Origin: Cyanophora paradoxa CCMP329
Lineage: Eukaryota > Plantae > Glaucophyta
Reading direction: 5' to 3'
Length of the DNA: 28,822 nucleotides
Assembly (NCBI GenBank): GCA_004431415.1
Contig: QPMI01000616.1
Span: 1 to 28,822 of the forward strand
Numbering within the stretch: the stretch's first letter is position 1; each line of letters opens with the position of its first letter. Both the position numbers and the translations under genes were made by a program. Shown here in pieces: positions 11,533-23,375 of the stretch. The notes below the pieces were generated by a model that was given only the letters and a program-made list of their open reading frames with translations, searched no databases and had not been told where the DNA came from.

Positions 11533-11651
11533 ACGCAGTTTCGTGAAACTTGGCGCACTGCTTGAAACTGCGTGGAGATTTCGAGCAGTGCTTCATTTCC
11601 GACGCAATGCTTGAAATTCCCACGCAATGCTTGAAATTTCCGACGCAATGC
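11533..11651 (+). repeat. 20-21-bp tandem repeat ACGCAATGCTTGAAATT(T)CC
   Basis: ACGCAATGC at 11602, 11622, 11643; degenerate copies at ~11533, ~11554, ~11585. Confidence 0.85.
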
Positions 11652-11819
11652 GTGGGTGAGCCAAAAGTGCCGGGGTAGTGCTGGCGGCGCAGGAGGCGGC
11701 GGCACCGTGGTGGCCATCGCGGCGGTGGCAGGGGCGGCTACCAGAGCGGCGGTGGAGGCGGCGGCCAAGGCGGGACGGGATCTAACGCACCCTCCTCGGC
11801 AATCCCGCCCGATGCAGCG

Positions 11820-12010
11820 CCGACTGGCCCCGTTGTTGACGCGCCGTCTCGCGCCCGACTGCCCCGTTGTTGACGCGCCGTCTTCGCGCCCGGCTGGCCC
11901 CGTCACTGACGCGCTGCCTTCGCGCCCGACTGGCTCCGTTGCTGACGCGCCGTCTCCGCGCCCGACCGGCCCCATCGCTAACGCGCCGCCCCCGAACCCT
12001 CGCCCGACTG
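11820..12010 (+). repeat. 36-bp coding tandem repeat (PTGPVxDAPSxR), about 5 copies
   Basis: CCGACTGGCCCCGTTGTTGACGCGCCGTCT(T)CGCGC units; the first two are 35 bp (one base missing each), later ones 36 bp. Confidence 0.85.
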
Positions 12011-15000
12011 ACCACGGAGACGCCGTGCAGTCCGGTGGTCCTGACTCGGGCCGGGAGACTGAGGCTACGACGGACAGCCTGGCCATGGTACCGATCGCTC
12101 CGGTGCAAACTGTCCCGATCACGCCGACGCAGCCCTCGGCATCGGACATCGCGCACTTCGTTCGGGACGTCAACGCCACGACGGCGACGCAGCCGGTAAC
12201 GTCGGCGGCGGAGAGGACGGCCCCCGTCCCCGTCGCCATCCCCGTCGCTGAACCCGCGTCGCCGTCCCCCTCGTCGACTCACGCGACCGGCCCGTCGTCG
12301 CCGGCCCCGTCTGACTTGTCGACAGAGATGGAAACGGGAAGCCGTACTGCGGCCGAGTCCCGTGTTCCAATTCGGTGTGCGCAGCCCCGGCGGGGCGTCA
12401 CTGCCGGCAGTATCCGCGACCTCATCAACGCTGGCCTCCGCCGGCACGACCACACTCGCATGTCCGCCGCCTTGGCTCCCGTCACGTCCAAGAAAACCCC
12501 GCTCTTCACTCGAAACTTTGGCCGTATGCACCGCCCGCGCCCGAACGCCATCAATCCCGTCGCCCGCGTCGCAGTCACGAGGTCGCTCACCTTCGCGGCC
12601 GCCCCCTCGGCGAAGAGCACGAACTCCGACGCTGACTCTGTGCGGGAGCCGAAGACCCGGACGTACTGCGCCCTGGGGACCCGTCACAGAGTCGCCGATG
12701 GACACTGCACTCGGCCCGCTAACCTCCAAATCGAGCACCGACTCCCCCGCAGCCACCTCGCAGCAGGAGGGGAACGTCTCGAAGGGAAGTGGGCGGCCGA
12801 CCCCGAACTACAAGGCCCCGCCCGCCAAGATGCCCGAAATCGACTCGCTACCGGCGGTCGAGGGCTGCGAGTCCTTGGTACCCCTTTGCACTGACTGGCT
12901 CGACAACGTTGCTTACAACATGCACACTCGCGTGTTAACAACCGCATGCACGTCGACGGCATCCAGTGCACTGACTGGCTTCGTGATGGCATCCCTTCGA
13001 GCGACCAGCGCCAGATCCACGCGCGTACCATCCTTTACTGCCCGCCCTCCAGATGCTCACGACGTACCTCGAGCCGAAGGGCCCCGGTGTCTGCTGGGCT
13101 CGCGTCCGCAACGCTATCGATGCGGAAGGCGACTCGGAGGAGGCGCGCGCGCACCGCTTCCCCAAGCCCCACGACAACATGTACCCCGTCTTCACGCAGG
13201 CCTCCAATTACCGTACCGCGGTATTCACGGAGGATGCGCACATGCCTCGCCGTCGGGACCTGTCTTTCGCCAACGAGACGTGTGCTGACTGCCACCCCAT
13301 GTCGTCGGCCGCCAGGAGAATGGTACCCTTGTTGCCCGCCCCATTCCTCGGCACACCGTCGTGACGCGCCCAATGACGGACTTCGTACTGCTCACTCCGC
13401 GCTCATCGCTGCGCTTGAAAGCCTCCCTACGTCGCACCCGTTCGTGACCCGACCAGGGAGATGGAGTTCTTTGTGATCGCCGCGACATCTCCGGACACGC
13501 GAAGAACGGGCGGTTCCCGATCCCGCCGGCGCTCGACGTGAACCCCGGCATCCCGTGCGCTGACGGCACTCACGCTCACCACAGCCACCCGCATTGGCAC
13601 TTGCTGGCGACCCGCCGCTCATCAACCCGAAAGGCCACAGTGAGCACAAGCGTCTGAATGCGGCCGTCACACGCATCATTGCAGACACGGCCACTGAGGA
13701 TGACGTGACAACGTTGCGCACGTGGATCGCAATCGCCCGTGAGACGACGACTATCGCGGCAATTAACACTAACATCTCGAACACCAACGAGCAGCTTCGC
13801 CGGCCCTACCGGGGCGCTGAGGGCGAGCAGCTGTTACACTTGGTTGAAATGGCAGCGATGGCCATCACGAACACGGGCGCCCCGCCGCCTCGCACGCGGC
13901 AGGCTGCGGCCAACCACGTCACGAGTGTACTGCGTAAGGAGCTCGAGGCATTCGATGTTGACACTGACGGTTCAGGCAATCGTCAACGCTCTGTGCGCCC
14001 GTCGTGTCTTCACTTTCACCGACGGCGCCATGGACACAACCGACGCGCCGCCTGCACCTACGACAACGCTGACGCTCCAGGAGCTGCTGTCGTCGAGTCC
14101 CTCCTGAACCGTGTCAAGACGTCCTTCACCGACGCGCAGAACCGCAGCCAACATTCATGCGCCCCAACCGACGAACGGCCGCTGTCAATTACGTTGAGAG
14201 CACACTCCGCACGTACCTCCGTGGCTACGACGTCGAGTCTACGATCCTACTTCTCGTCTACATTCTCGAGCGCGAGGTGAGCTACGGTTCGCCTCAGGCC
14301 CTGACGCGACTTCGGCAAAGGCTGCTGACGCCTACTCTCGTTTCGTCGCGGCAAACGCTCCGACCGACCCCGTCGCCGACCCAGCTCTGTCGCGACGGCA
14401 GAGGGCCTCGCCCCTGAGGACAAGACGCCAATCGTCCCGCCGACCACGCCCACTCCACCGCGCCCGCCGTACTGCGGCCCAAGGCGTCGGAGGACAGGGC
14501 TGACAATGACCCCATCAACCGCAACCGGAAGTTGCGCGAGATGCTGATGGACATTGCGGAAGACTCGATCACGCTCATCGCTCGTCGCCACCAGGCAGCG
14601 GGGAGGTATGAGCGCGAGGGTGGAGACCGCGTCTTCGCCTCTCGCACGGTCGAGAAGATCATGGTCAGTGTTGGGGGACAGCAAATTCTTCTCTTCCTGT
14701 CGCCAGTCGACATGCCTGCACCGTGCCACACGTGCAGCATCGGCCCCGATGGCTCACCCGTCATCGTGAACCACGGCTCCGTGCATCAGTGATCAGCATT
14801 GCGCACCGCTACTACGAGTACATCGACTCGACCACGGGCAACACGGTGACAATGACTAACGTCGAGCTTCAGGAGCACTGCCGCCTCTGCACAACGCCGC
14901 CGTACATGGAGTTCGTCCGCAATTGCCCCGTACCGTCGCCAACCTCACGCCAGCGCACGCCGTACCCGAGTACTCTGCGACCTGACGATGCACCGGCGGA

Positions 15001-16125
15001 CATCACGCTCGACGCTCTGTACGGAGTGACGATGGAAATGAAGACGCTCTTCCTGCGGATTATCGGTCTGTTAATGGATATCACCCCACAGGGAACGACG
15101 TCTTTGACGGGGAACGACGACTGGCCTCGGGTCGCTGACATCTTCCTTAACGTCGACGTCAGCCCCTTCACCGTCCGCGCCAGCACCCTCCGGCCTGGCG
15201 TTCGCGACGCGAGTACTGGACCGATAGGCACTCGGCCAATCATTCTCGCCCCGGGAGTTGTCAACACCTCTGGGCAGGACACGTCCGACTCGCGCGAACG
15301 ACTGTGAACGCGTCGCTTCCCGTCTGCTTGTCGGCACCGGCGTTCTACCATGCTCACGCGTTAATGCACCCGTCGATGAGCCGAACACGCGCCTCGGCCC
15401 GACACCAACTGATCTTCCGCCCTACCCGGTGCCTGAGACCACGGTCGCTGCAGCTGGGGAGTGAGCCGCAAGTTGGCGTCGATTTACGTCGCTGCCGTTC
15501 TACACGACTGGCCGGCTCGACAGCGGGACAAGATTAAGCCGCATCTCACTCTCCGAACCAACGACGTCGACATGGAGTACTTGCGACTCGCCGCCGAGAA
15601 CGCGCGACTTCGGGACCCGACGCAGTTTTCGGCGAGGTACCTCGAAGTCCACAACGTGTTGACAGACATCCTTCGTCGCCGCACGCCTGGAACGCCGTCC
15701 CCGACCACTCCGCCCGACAAGCACGCGCAGCTGCTGGCCGACGAACAGCTCGCACGTGAACTGCAGGCTCGCCTCGACGCCGAAGCTGCAAGGGAGAGGA
15801 CCCGGTGCAGGCCGCGGCGCAAGCCCCCTACTTGCAGGCTGCAATCGGTGGTATTGCTCGTGGCCGCACCATGGACGCCCGTCGCCGTACTGCGGCAGCA
15901 CAGGCTCCACCGCGCCAATCGGCGAGGCACGGGGGAACGGTCAGGGCCGCGGCCGCGCGCTCCCGATTCATACCAGCCGGCCCCAGACCCCGGCAACCCT
16001 CACTACCACGACGACGACATGACGTGCCCAACGGCACCGGTGACACCGCCGACCGACGCCCCGGAGCCCCCGGCCCCGCGGAACGACCACCCCCTGCGCC
16101 CGAGGTGACGGCCTCGTCGACGGAC

Positions 16126-16206
16126 ACTCCGGACGCCCAGCCCGTTGCACCCGCGACGACGACTCCGGACGCCCAGCCCGTTGCACCCGTGACGACGACT
16201 CCGGTG
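16126..16206 (+). repeat. 36-bp coding duplication (TPDAQPVAPxTT x2)
   Basis: ACTCCGGACGCCCAGCCCGTTGCACCCG(C/T)GACGACG twice in tandem. Confidence 0.85.
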
Positions 16207-19200
16207 GACCCGACGCCCGCTCTCGAGACGCCGGTCTCGTCGACGGCCGCTCGAGATGCTTCGCCCATCGCACCGGCGATGGCGACCTCGCTGACGACCC
16301 CCGCACAGCGTCCCGTCCCCCACGGCCGTGGCTGCGGTCTCGACGGCCCGTCGCCTGCGCCTGAGCTACTGGCCCCGTCGACGCCCCGCCAGCCCCGGCC
16401 ACGACTGTGACGGCGGCCCCGCCGCAGAGCCCGGCCCAACCCCCGATGCTGCCGATCCCGTCACTTCACCCCGACTACACTGCACCGACCGACGCGTCGA
16501 TGCCTGACTCGACGACTGCCGACTCGTCGGGCACTGAGAGGACCGAGGACGTGCCCATGGGCGACCCGCGCGTTTCGAGGGGAATCATCGTCGACACGCC
16601 GACCTTGCCGAGCCCTCACGACGACCGTGACAGTCCTCCTGACACCGACGAAGACACGTCCAGCGACTCGGAGCCCGAGATCAAGGACGTGGCCGCCGAC
16701 CTTGGACACCGCCACGCCTGGACGATCCTTCGCCTCAAGCCGTGGTGCACACCAGCTGCGTGCGTACCTGGACACGCCGCGACGCTTCATGGTCACAACG
16801 ACGACGACGGATTGGCGCAGACCCTGAGACGCCGACCCTCTTCGCCGCCAGCGAGCTCACGAGCTGCATGCACCTCGCAGCTGCCCGCAGCAACACGCCT
16901 ACTGGGCAACCGTTGCTGGGTACTCGCCCGAGTGACCAGGCTCACTACCTCCTTCAACATCTGACCGAATTCCGCTCCGTCATCCACGTCATCATGCGCC
17001 TCGCGCGGGCTCAGCCCTTCGCGCCTGGGGAGACGGCGACCACGTGGCCTCACCCGAACGACCCGCTCGCCGATGTCCTCGGACGGCCAGAGATGCTGGA
17101 GCTGTTTGGTTTGACACCGACAGAGTTCACTCTTGTACACCAGTCCAAGACTCCAGTCGTACCGTGCATCCTTCAGGTGGCTGTCAACCTTGCCCGCAAT
17201 CTCCGGACGCTGCACTACGACGTGGAGATGACGGAGAGCGATGAACGGTTCTTGAACTTCGACAAGATCACGAACACGGCGACGCGCCTTGCAACAATCA
17301 GGCAACTGGTCCAAACTGTCAAGTTCACGGCCCCGCTCACAGGACCTGACGACATCTATCTGTCTACGCTTCGACACGGTTCACCGCCGCCGACATCGCC
17401 TTGTCGATGCGTTCGACGGCCCTGGCGCGGGCGTGGGACATCGCTGCATACTTCGACCATTACAAGTGGGACGAGACGCGCGACCGCTACGGGGATAGCC
17501 GATTTGCTCACCTCTACGACGTTCGTGACCCAGCACCGAGCTCCGACCGTCCATGGCCGACGAGTCACGCGCCGTTGCTGTCAATGCTCACCGAGCAAGT
17601 CGAGAACGTACTCCGCCTCGTCAACATCACAGCCGACGTCGAGGGCCCGGCAACTTCCTGCGCCGTTACTACACGTCCCGTTTCAACCCGAAATCCGACG
17701 CGAACCCGGCTACGAACCAGCGGGCGACCGCCGAGCTCGCGGAGGAGATCCGGCTGAACAGCCAGTTAGCAGTGGTCGCGGCACGCGATGTCCATCGTCT
17801 GCGCACGCCCCCGTCAGCGAGTCCGACCTACACCACTGTCTTCGGCACGGACTGTCCCGTCACCGCTCCGGCGTCCTCCCTCAAATTTCACGAACGTCGT
17901 CGCCGCGTCTGTCACGGAGACGACTGCGCTGGCAAGGCTCGCCGAGCTACATGACACCACCGTTGTCGCGATGTCAATCACTACGTTCATGCACAAGCGT
18001 CAACTCGCCAAGAAGGGCAAACCGATCCGTCTCGAATCGCGACTGCACGCCCCCGTCTTCACCCCGAAGCAGCCCGAGCCAGCTGTCGAGCTCTATTACA
18101 ACTCTGACCGTTACATAATGGTGCACCCTGAAGAGGCGGCGCTCCTGGCGTGCAAAACTGCGTGCGCTCCCATATCCTCCAGCTGACTCTCGAGGCCATG
18201 CGTCGCGCGTACAAGCTCGAGACGGAGTCAAGCACTCGTACTGCGAGCAAGCTTGCTTTCGGCCTCGTCGCTCGACTCGACACTGCACTTAGCAAGGCTA
18301 CGACCACCCAGCGCTTGGCGGTAACACGGGCCTTCCTCCTGGACGCCGAGCATCGATTGAATCTGTTCTACTGCATGCTTTACCCGCGCTACCGCGATCA
18401 CCTACTCCCTGTCCTCCCCAGTCCGATGGTACCCGTCACCGACCCTCTCGCCGTCCCGGTCCCACGGCCCCCTGAGCGCGACGTTGACGAGTACGGATAC
18501 CTGACACAGTGGACGTCGGACGGCATCGACATCTTGCCTCGCGTTCCTGACTGGGATTCCCTCGTTGGACTTGTCGACGACATGAGCAAGGACACTTTCT
18601 GGAACTCCAACACGTACTTCGGGCTTCGCGCCCGCGCTATGGTCTACGGAACAGAGCGCAAGCGCCCCCGCGAGAAGCGACGAATGACGAGAAGTTGCAG
18701 AAGAAGGAGCGCAAGGCCGCCCGGCTCACTCCCGAGGAGGTCGACTCCATCATCTCCAGAATTTTGAGCGAACTCCACACTGTTCCTTTCAAGGAGGTGC
18801 TACTCTCGGAGAACGCTGACATTCCTGACGTCTATTTCTGGGCCTTCCTCAACGAGGAATGGGCGAAGGGCTTCACGGTCGTCGACGGCGCTGGCTACCA
18901 GCACGGAGTGTGGCCGGATCTGAGCGGCGTGATGGTCCGACGGGAACCGCGACCTGATTCGACGGAGAACGAGCGCGACACGTTCTATGCGGGTTTTGGA
19001 CGGCGCAACAATCACATCAACGGGGAATTATTCGCCCAAACGATCAACGACTGGTACCCAATCCGTCTCCACAATCCTCGCCCCCCACTCCGTACGGCAT
19101 GCGCACATACAGCCCCGAGGAGACGCGAGCTGGAGGTGACTTCCTACCTCTGGATACTGATCCGGGACGGGATACCTCCTATCACATCTTCATGACACCG

Positions 19201-20639
19201 CTTCTCTTCACGAACACGGACTTCCTGGCCACAGCGTACTGCAAAACGATCCAGGAACATGGGCGACACGCGCCCCACATCTTCGCCGTCGCGGCTCACA
19301 TCCTCGGAGGCCCAGCCCCGTTCGGACAGACGGCTGATCTGACCGAGGAGCTCACTGTGGAGGACGGGCACAGACCGGAGGAGCTCCCGGAGCCGCCGCC
19401 GTCGAAGAGCTGGAGGGAATCCCGACTCGGGACCCACCCCCAGTTCATCCCGCCACCACGACAAAGAAGTACATGCACGTCCTAGGTGAGGTCCACATGC
19501 CATACGTGCTACTCGGCGACTCTGGTCTCGAGGCATTTCTCCGGCGCGTCCCGTACATGCGCCCATTCCTCATGAAGATGCACGTACGCTGGTCGAACTT
19601 CTCGCGAGCACTCAGTCGTGTCCTACGCTACGGCGTCGGCCCCGGCACCTACCCGTACCGCGCCGGTGCTCCCGGCCATGGCGAACTCAGCCAGCACAAC
19701 CGCGCGGCCTGCCCTTCCGATCGTTCCTGATCACGGCCGCCGACGAGTTCCACCCGGCCAACAAGTATGCCGACTACTTCGACTGCATCTACGACGAGGA
19801 CAACCACGCGCACCTCCGTGACTCCGCTTCACGTCAAGATGTCGAACGATGCTTCTACGAGATTGCCATGCCCGACGACCTCAACGCGCCGCCCATGACT
19901 CTTACGCCGGCCAATGCTGACCTGTGCGGCCCTCGAATCGTCCGATTCACGCACGTTGCACCGCCGGACCCAGCCGCGGTGCCCCAACACGATCCAGAAC
20001 CGCTCGCACATCACTATCTTCGACGCGAACAACCGGAACACCTGGCAGCAGATCATCGCGGGCACGAGGAAACCCCCAAACGAGGCGGCGGGGCCGCACC
20101 CGTGCGGCCCCGACCCCAAGTACTTCCGGTGTCCGTCAATGACTACACTGGCCCTGGGGGCGTCGTCGTGTCTCTGCGTCGTCGCGGGCCCACGGGCACC
20201 GCGCCTGCAACGCCCCCGTCGTCCACCAGGTCCTGGGGTTCCCGCTTTCGGTACACACTTGGGTGTACGGAATCGCAGCGTACCTGGCGGCGGCAGTCAA
20301 GCTGCACGGTGCCTTGTCGTTCTTCCTCGAGCCCTACCGGGGAACTCGGGAACATCATCATCGACTACGTTCGTAGCCACGAGGATGAGCTGCACTTCCG
20401 CTTCACGGCTTCAGGCGAAGTGGCGCGCAGTGCCAAACTCGACAAATGGTACGAGGTCGAGTACCCTGACTGCGAACGCGTCGACCCGGCACATTTAATC
20501 ACAGCCTTCGAATCCCTACTGCACAAGGCAACCAACGACTGGTTGGCGGTCCAGATCAAGCACGAGACACCCCCGGCGGCTCGCGAAGATGTCGACATGG
20601 ATCGAAACCACTGCTGGCCCGTAGCATTCCGACTCCCGG

Positions 20640-23375
20640 ATGGAGTCATCAACGCACTCAACGCCCAAGTCCGGGGCGCTGACTTCGATCCCACGAACGA
20701 TCCGTCACACCCGCATCGTCCCAGTGTCTATGACGTCAACGCGAGCGCAGTGCGCAACGCTATTATGGATTTCGAACAGCGATACGCCGACATACACGAG
20801 CAATTCCGTCACGCCGAATATGGCAACTTCACATTCGATCCATTCTACAATGAATTCGGCGCCGCCATCTTCAGTCGCGAACCGCAGGCGCGGGCGCTAC
20901 TCCACGGTTGGTTGGAACAATTCGTTTACAATCACGCCACCGTCGACGCGGCGACGAGGCGGCCCATCACGTTCACTAGCCGCGAAGCCTACCGGGCGGT
21001 ACAGATCGTCGACGTCCTCCCCTGCGTCACTCCCTGGGCGATCCGGACAACGACAGCCTCCTTCGTCAGATCCCCACATTTACATTGGTCACGGCCCCCA
21101 CGGCGCGCCTGTCGACCCGTACGAAGGCCGCACGCGCTTCACTAACATCATGAACTACATCACTACGACGAAGGCAGAGGAGTCGCGCGCGTACATTTGG
21201 GACCCGCGCCTCGACGGCAAGATCAAGCTCGTGGGCACGGACGAGTACATTCGTCGGAACCCTGGGATTGCGCGCAAGCCCTTTGTCCGACCCTTCGTCG
21301 TCTGGTCGACCGACTTCAAGGATCTGCGCACCAACGAGCCGACGGGACTGGCACGCTTCGGTCACATCCAGGGTGTTGTCTTCAAGCCATCTGGCAGTAA
21401 CAGGCCTCCGCGTCGTAGTCCTACGGGGACCGAGACGACGGGAACCTCTGACGGCGACGACTCCAGCTCGGACAGTGGTGGCTCCACCGCCGAGTCCGTA
21501 GCTCCATCGGAGACCCCGTCGGCCGGGACGCCGAGCCTAGCCTCGCGCGTGCAGTCGTCCGCGTTCGCCCCCCACGGCCTCCTTGGACCGCTCACACGGC
21601 AGCACACGTACACGATCGCATACAACGACCTCACTAATCCCAGGACGTCGACGGATCTCACGATGGGCTGCTGGCTCCTCTACTCTGGACGGGGACCGGA
21701 CTACGAGCGGATCACGTCCGCGCGACACCGTGCCTTCGAGGACCCTGAATTCGCTGCCAGTTATCACTTGTACGACTGGTCGCCGCTTCAGCGGTCTCAC
21801 CAACTCAACGCCCACGCAATCCTGGAGACGCTCCACGAGATCGAGAACTTTCGGTGGGATTTCACAACCTCTCAGGGCCTGTCAGCCGACCTCGCTTTCA
21901 CTCGCGCCTTGTTCACTCGGGCGGCCTTCATCCTCAATTCAATCGGCCTCGCGGCGTGGGACGTGGTCCTCCACAATGACTTCCGTAGTCATGACGCTCA
22001 ACGGACACGTTTCTACGAGCGGCACGTACTCCAACGCGACACGCGCCTCCGCCACGCTTGGCCCCAACTCGTCAAATATCTCCGGGCGTCTCTCTCGCGC
22101 CACCGCGAAGCCATCCCGTTCCGATCCCCCGGAGAGCCTGGCTACCGGCCGGCTGAACGACGGGATGGCGCAGCGGGGACCGAAGTTGACGCGATCAACG
22201 AGATTCACTATGGCTGGCCCAGCAACCGCCACCTCAACAAGCTCGCAAACGCCGACTGCAAGCCCATCCTTGGCGTCGGATACTTTTCAGCCACAATGCG
22301 CAATCACCGGCCCCCGCTGCGTCTGTCGGCAGCTCCCTGCAGGGCACGCCCATTCGCCGCGACGGACGTCCTCATGAACGTGCACAGGCGGACAACCACG
22401 CGGAAGCGACCTCGCCTCAAGCGGACGGCACCGCTCCCGCCAGCCAGCGTCATCTCCGGTTCGACACCGTGCACACCGTATGAGCAGAGCTACCTCGCCT
22501 CGCTTCGCGTCTGCGCGGCACGCATGTTGGGATTTGACGACGTCGAGGACCCCCTTGACGTTCCCCTCTTCGGCGACGGCGGCCCGTCAGTACCACACCC
22601 CATTGCGCGAATGACGGACACGAACCGCACGCTCAGAGAGCGCATCAACGACGGCCGAATCTGCGTCAACTTGCACATCGCCGCTATCGATCACCGACGA
22701 CAAGTCCTTCAATACCTCCTCACCAAGGCATTGGTGGATACAGGAGCCGCTGCGGACGTACTCGACGGCAGTATCGCCGACAAACTGCCAGGCCTTCGCT
22801 ACAGCAACGCTCCGCGCGTGCACCTCACCGGCTTTGGAACGGACATGACTGCCTATGCGCGCATCGCATTCATTGCAATTAAGGTTGGTCCGGTCACAAT
22901 TCCGCGGAAGGTCCTCGTCGTCGCGCCTGGTCTCATGGGCAACACTCCAATGCTACTCGGCCTCACAACGCTGGTGGCGCTCAACGCTCACATCGTGCTC
23001 GACCCAGCAAATTGGGGAATGACGATCACGTCGCCTGACTCCTCGGATGGCGAACGATTCCACGTCCCTTTTCGGCTGCGGGCCAGCACGACGGCGGCGT
23101 TCTGGTCCGATTGGCGAAGGACATCACTGTACGGCCGGGTGAATCGCTCGTTCGATGTTACATGCCACAAACGACTTCGAACACGACTCTCGGCGCACCG
23201 GAAGTCCTCCTCACTCCGCCACCACTCCTCCTCGACGACGACGGCTTCGACGGAGCCGACGAAGTCGAATTCTTGGTGCCATACCAAATTCACCGCAACC
23301 CAGCACACGGCACGTTTTTCGTGCAGATCTGCAACCCTCACAGGCGGCCTGTCCGCCTGCGAGCCGGAACTGTGA
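20640..23375 (+). CDS. Polyprotein fragment containing retropepsin-type aspartic protease
   Basis: KALVDTGAAADVL (DTG at 22737-22745), flap-like VHLTGFG and C-terminal PMLLGLTTL; the protease spans ~22650-23000. The true frame is probably ~21030-23090. Confidence 0.85.
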   Translation: MESSTHSTPKSGALTSIPRTIRHTRIVPVSMTSTRAQCATLLWISNSDTPTYTSNSVTPNMATSHSIHSTMNSAPPSSVANRRRGRYSTVGWNNSFTITPPSTRRRGGPSRSLAAKPTGRYRSSTSSPASLPGRSGQRQPPSSDPHIYIGHGPHGAPVDPYEGRTRFTNIMNYITTTKAEESRAYIWDPRLDGKIKLVGTDEYIRRNPGIARKPFVRPFVVWSTDFKDLRTNEPTGLARFGHIQGVVFKPSGSNRPPRRSPTGTETTGTSDGDDSSSDSGGSTAESVAPSETPSAGTPSLASRVQSSAFAPHGLLGPLTRQHTYTIAYNDLTNPRTSTDLTMGCWLLYSGRGPDYERITSARHRAFEDPEFAASYHLYDWSPLQRSHQLNAHAILETLHEIENFRWDFTTSQGLSADLAFTRALFTRAAFILNSIGLAAWDVVLHNDFRSHDAQRTRFYERHVLQRDTRLRHAWPQLVKYLRASLSRHREAIPFRSPGEPGYRPAERRDGAAGTEVDAINEIHYGWPSNRHLNKLANADCKPILGVGYFSATMRNHRPPLRLSAAPCRARPFAATDVLMNVHRRTTTRKRPRLKRTAPLPPASVISGSTPCTPYEQSYLASLRVCAARMLGFDDVEDPLDVPLFGDGGPSVPHPIARMTDTNRTLRERINDGRICVNLHIAAIDHRRQVLQYLLTKALVDTGAAADVLDGSIADKLPGLRYSNAPRVHLTGFGTDMTAYARIAFIAIKVGPVTIPRKVLVVAPGLMGNTPMLLGLTTLVALNAHIVLDPANWGMTITSPDSSDGERFHVPFRLRASTTAAFWSDWRRTSLYGRVNRSFDVTCHKRLRTRLSAHRKSSSLRHHSSSTTTASTEPTKSNSWCHTKFTATQHTARFSCRSATLTGGLSACEPEL

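Larger units (their letters stand above)
1..11651. other. Composite palindromic (foldback-like or centromere-like) structure: arm - minisatellite - 348-bp array - minisatellite - arm
   Basis: Symmetric layout. Weak inverted similarity continues outward: revcomp of 1-27 (GACGCAGTGGGAATTTGGCGCAGTCGC) resembles 11532-11561 (GACGCAGTTTCGTGAAACTTGGCGCACTGC). No credible protein is encoded. The left end probably lies outside the window. Confidence 0.7.
11656..21145 (+). pseudogene. Frameshifted long coding region of unknown function upstream of pol (probable N-terminal part of a giant polyprotein)
   Basis: Chain of overlapping + strand ORF segments with protein-like composition (13594..14280, 14723..15307, 15461..16108, 16742..18118, 18150..18767, 18695..19195, 19099..19485, 19868..21145) joinable by single frameshifts. 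The in-frame 36-bp repeats support coding. No family recognised. Confidence 0.6.

Noticed and set aside
11085-11655. 5' LTR and primer-binding site (TGGCGC at 11551)
   Set aside because: No matching repeat at the 3' end in the window; the motif is part of the local repeat and the inverted arm.
19590-19640. Tpt1/KptA-like motif FSRALSRVLRYG
   Set aside because: Has Y rather than the conserved H, and the RAxQGHS and HGT motifs are not found downstream.
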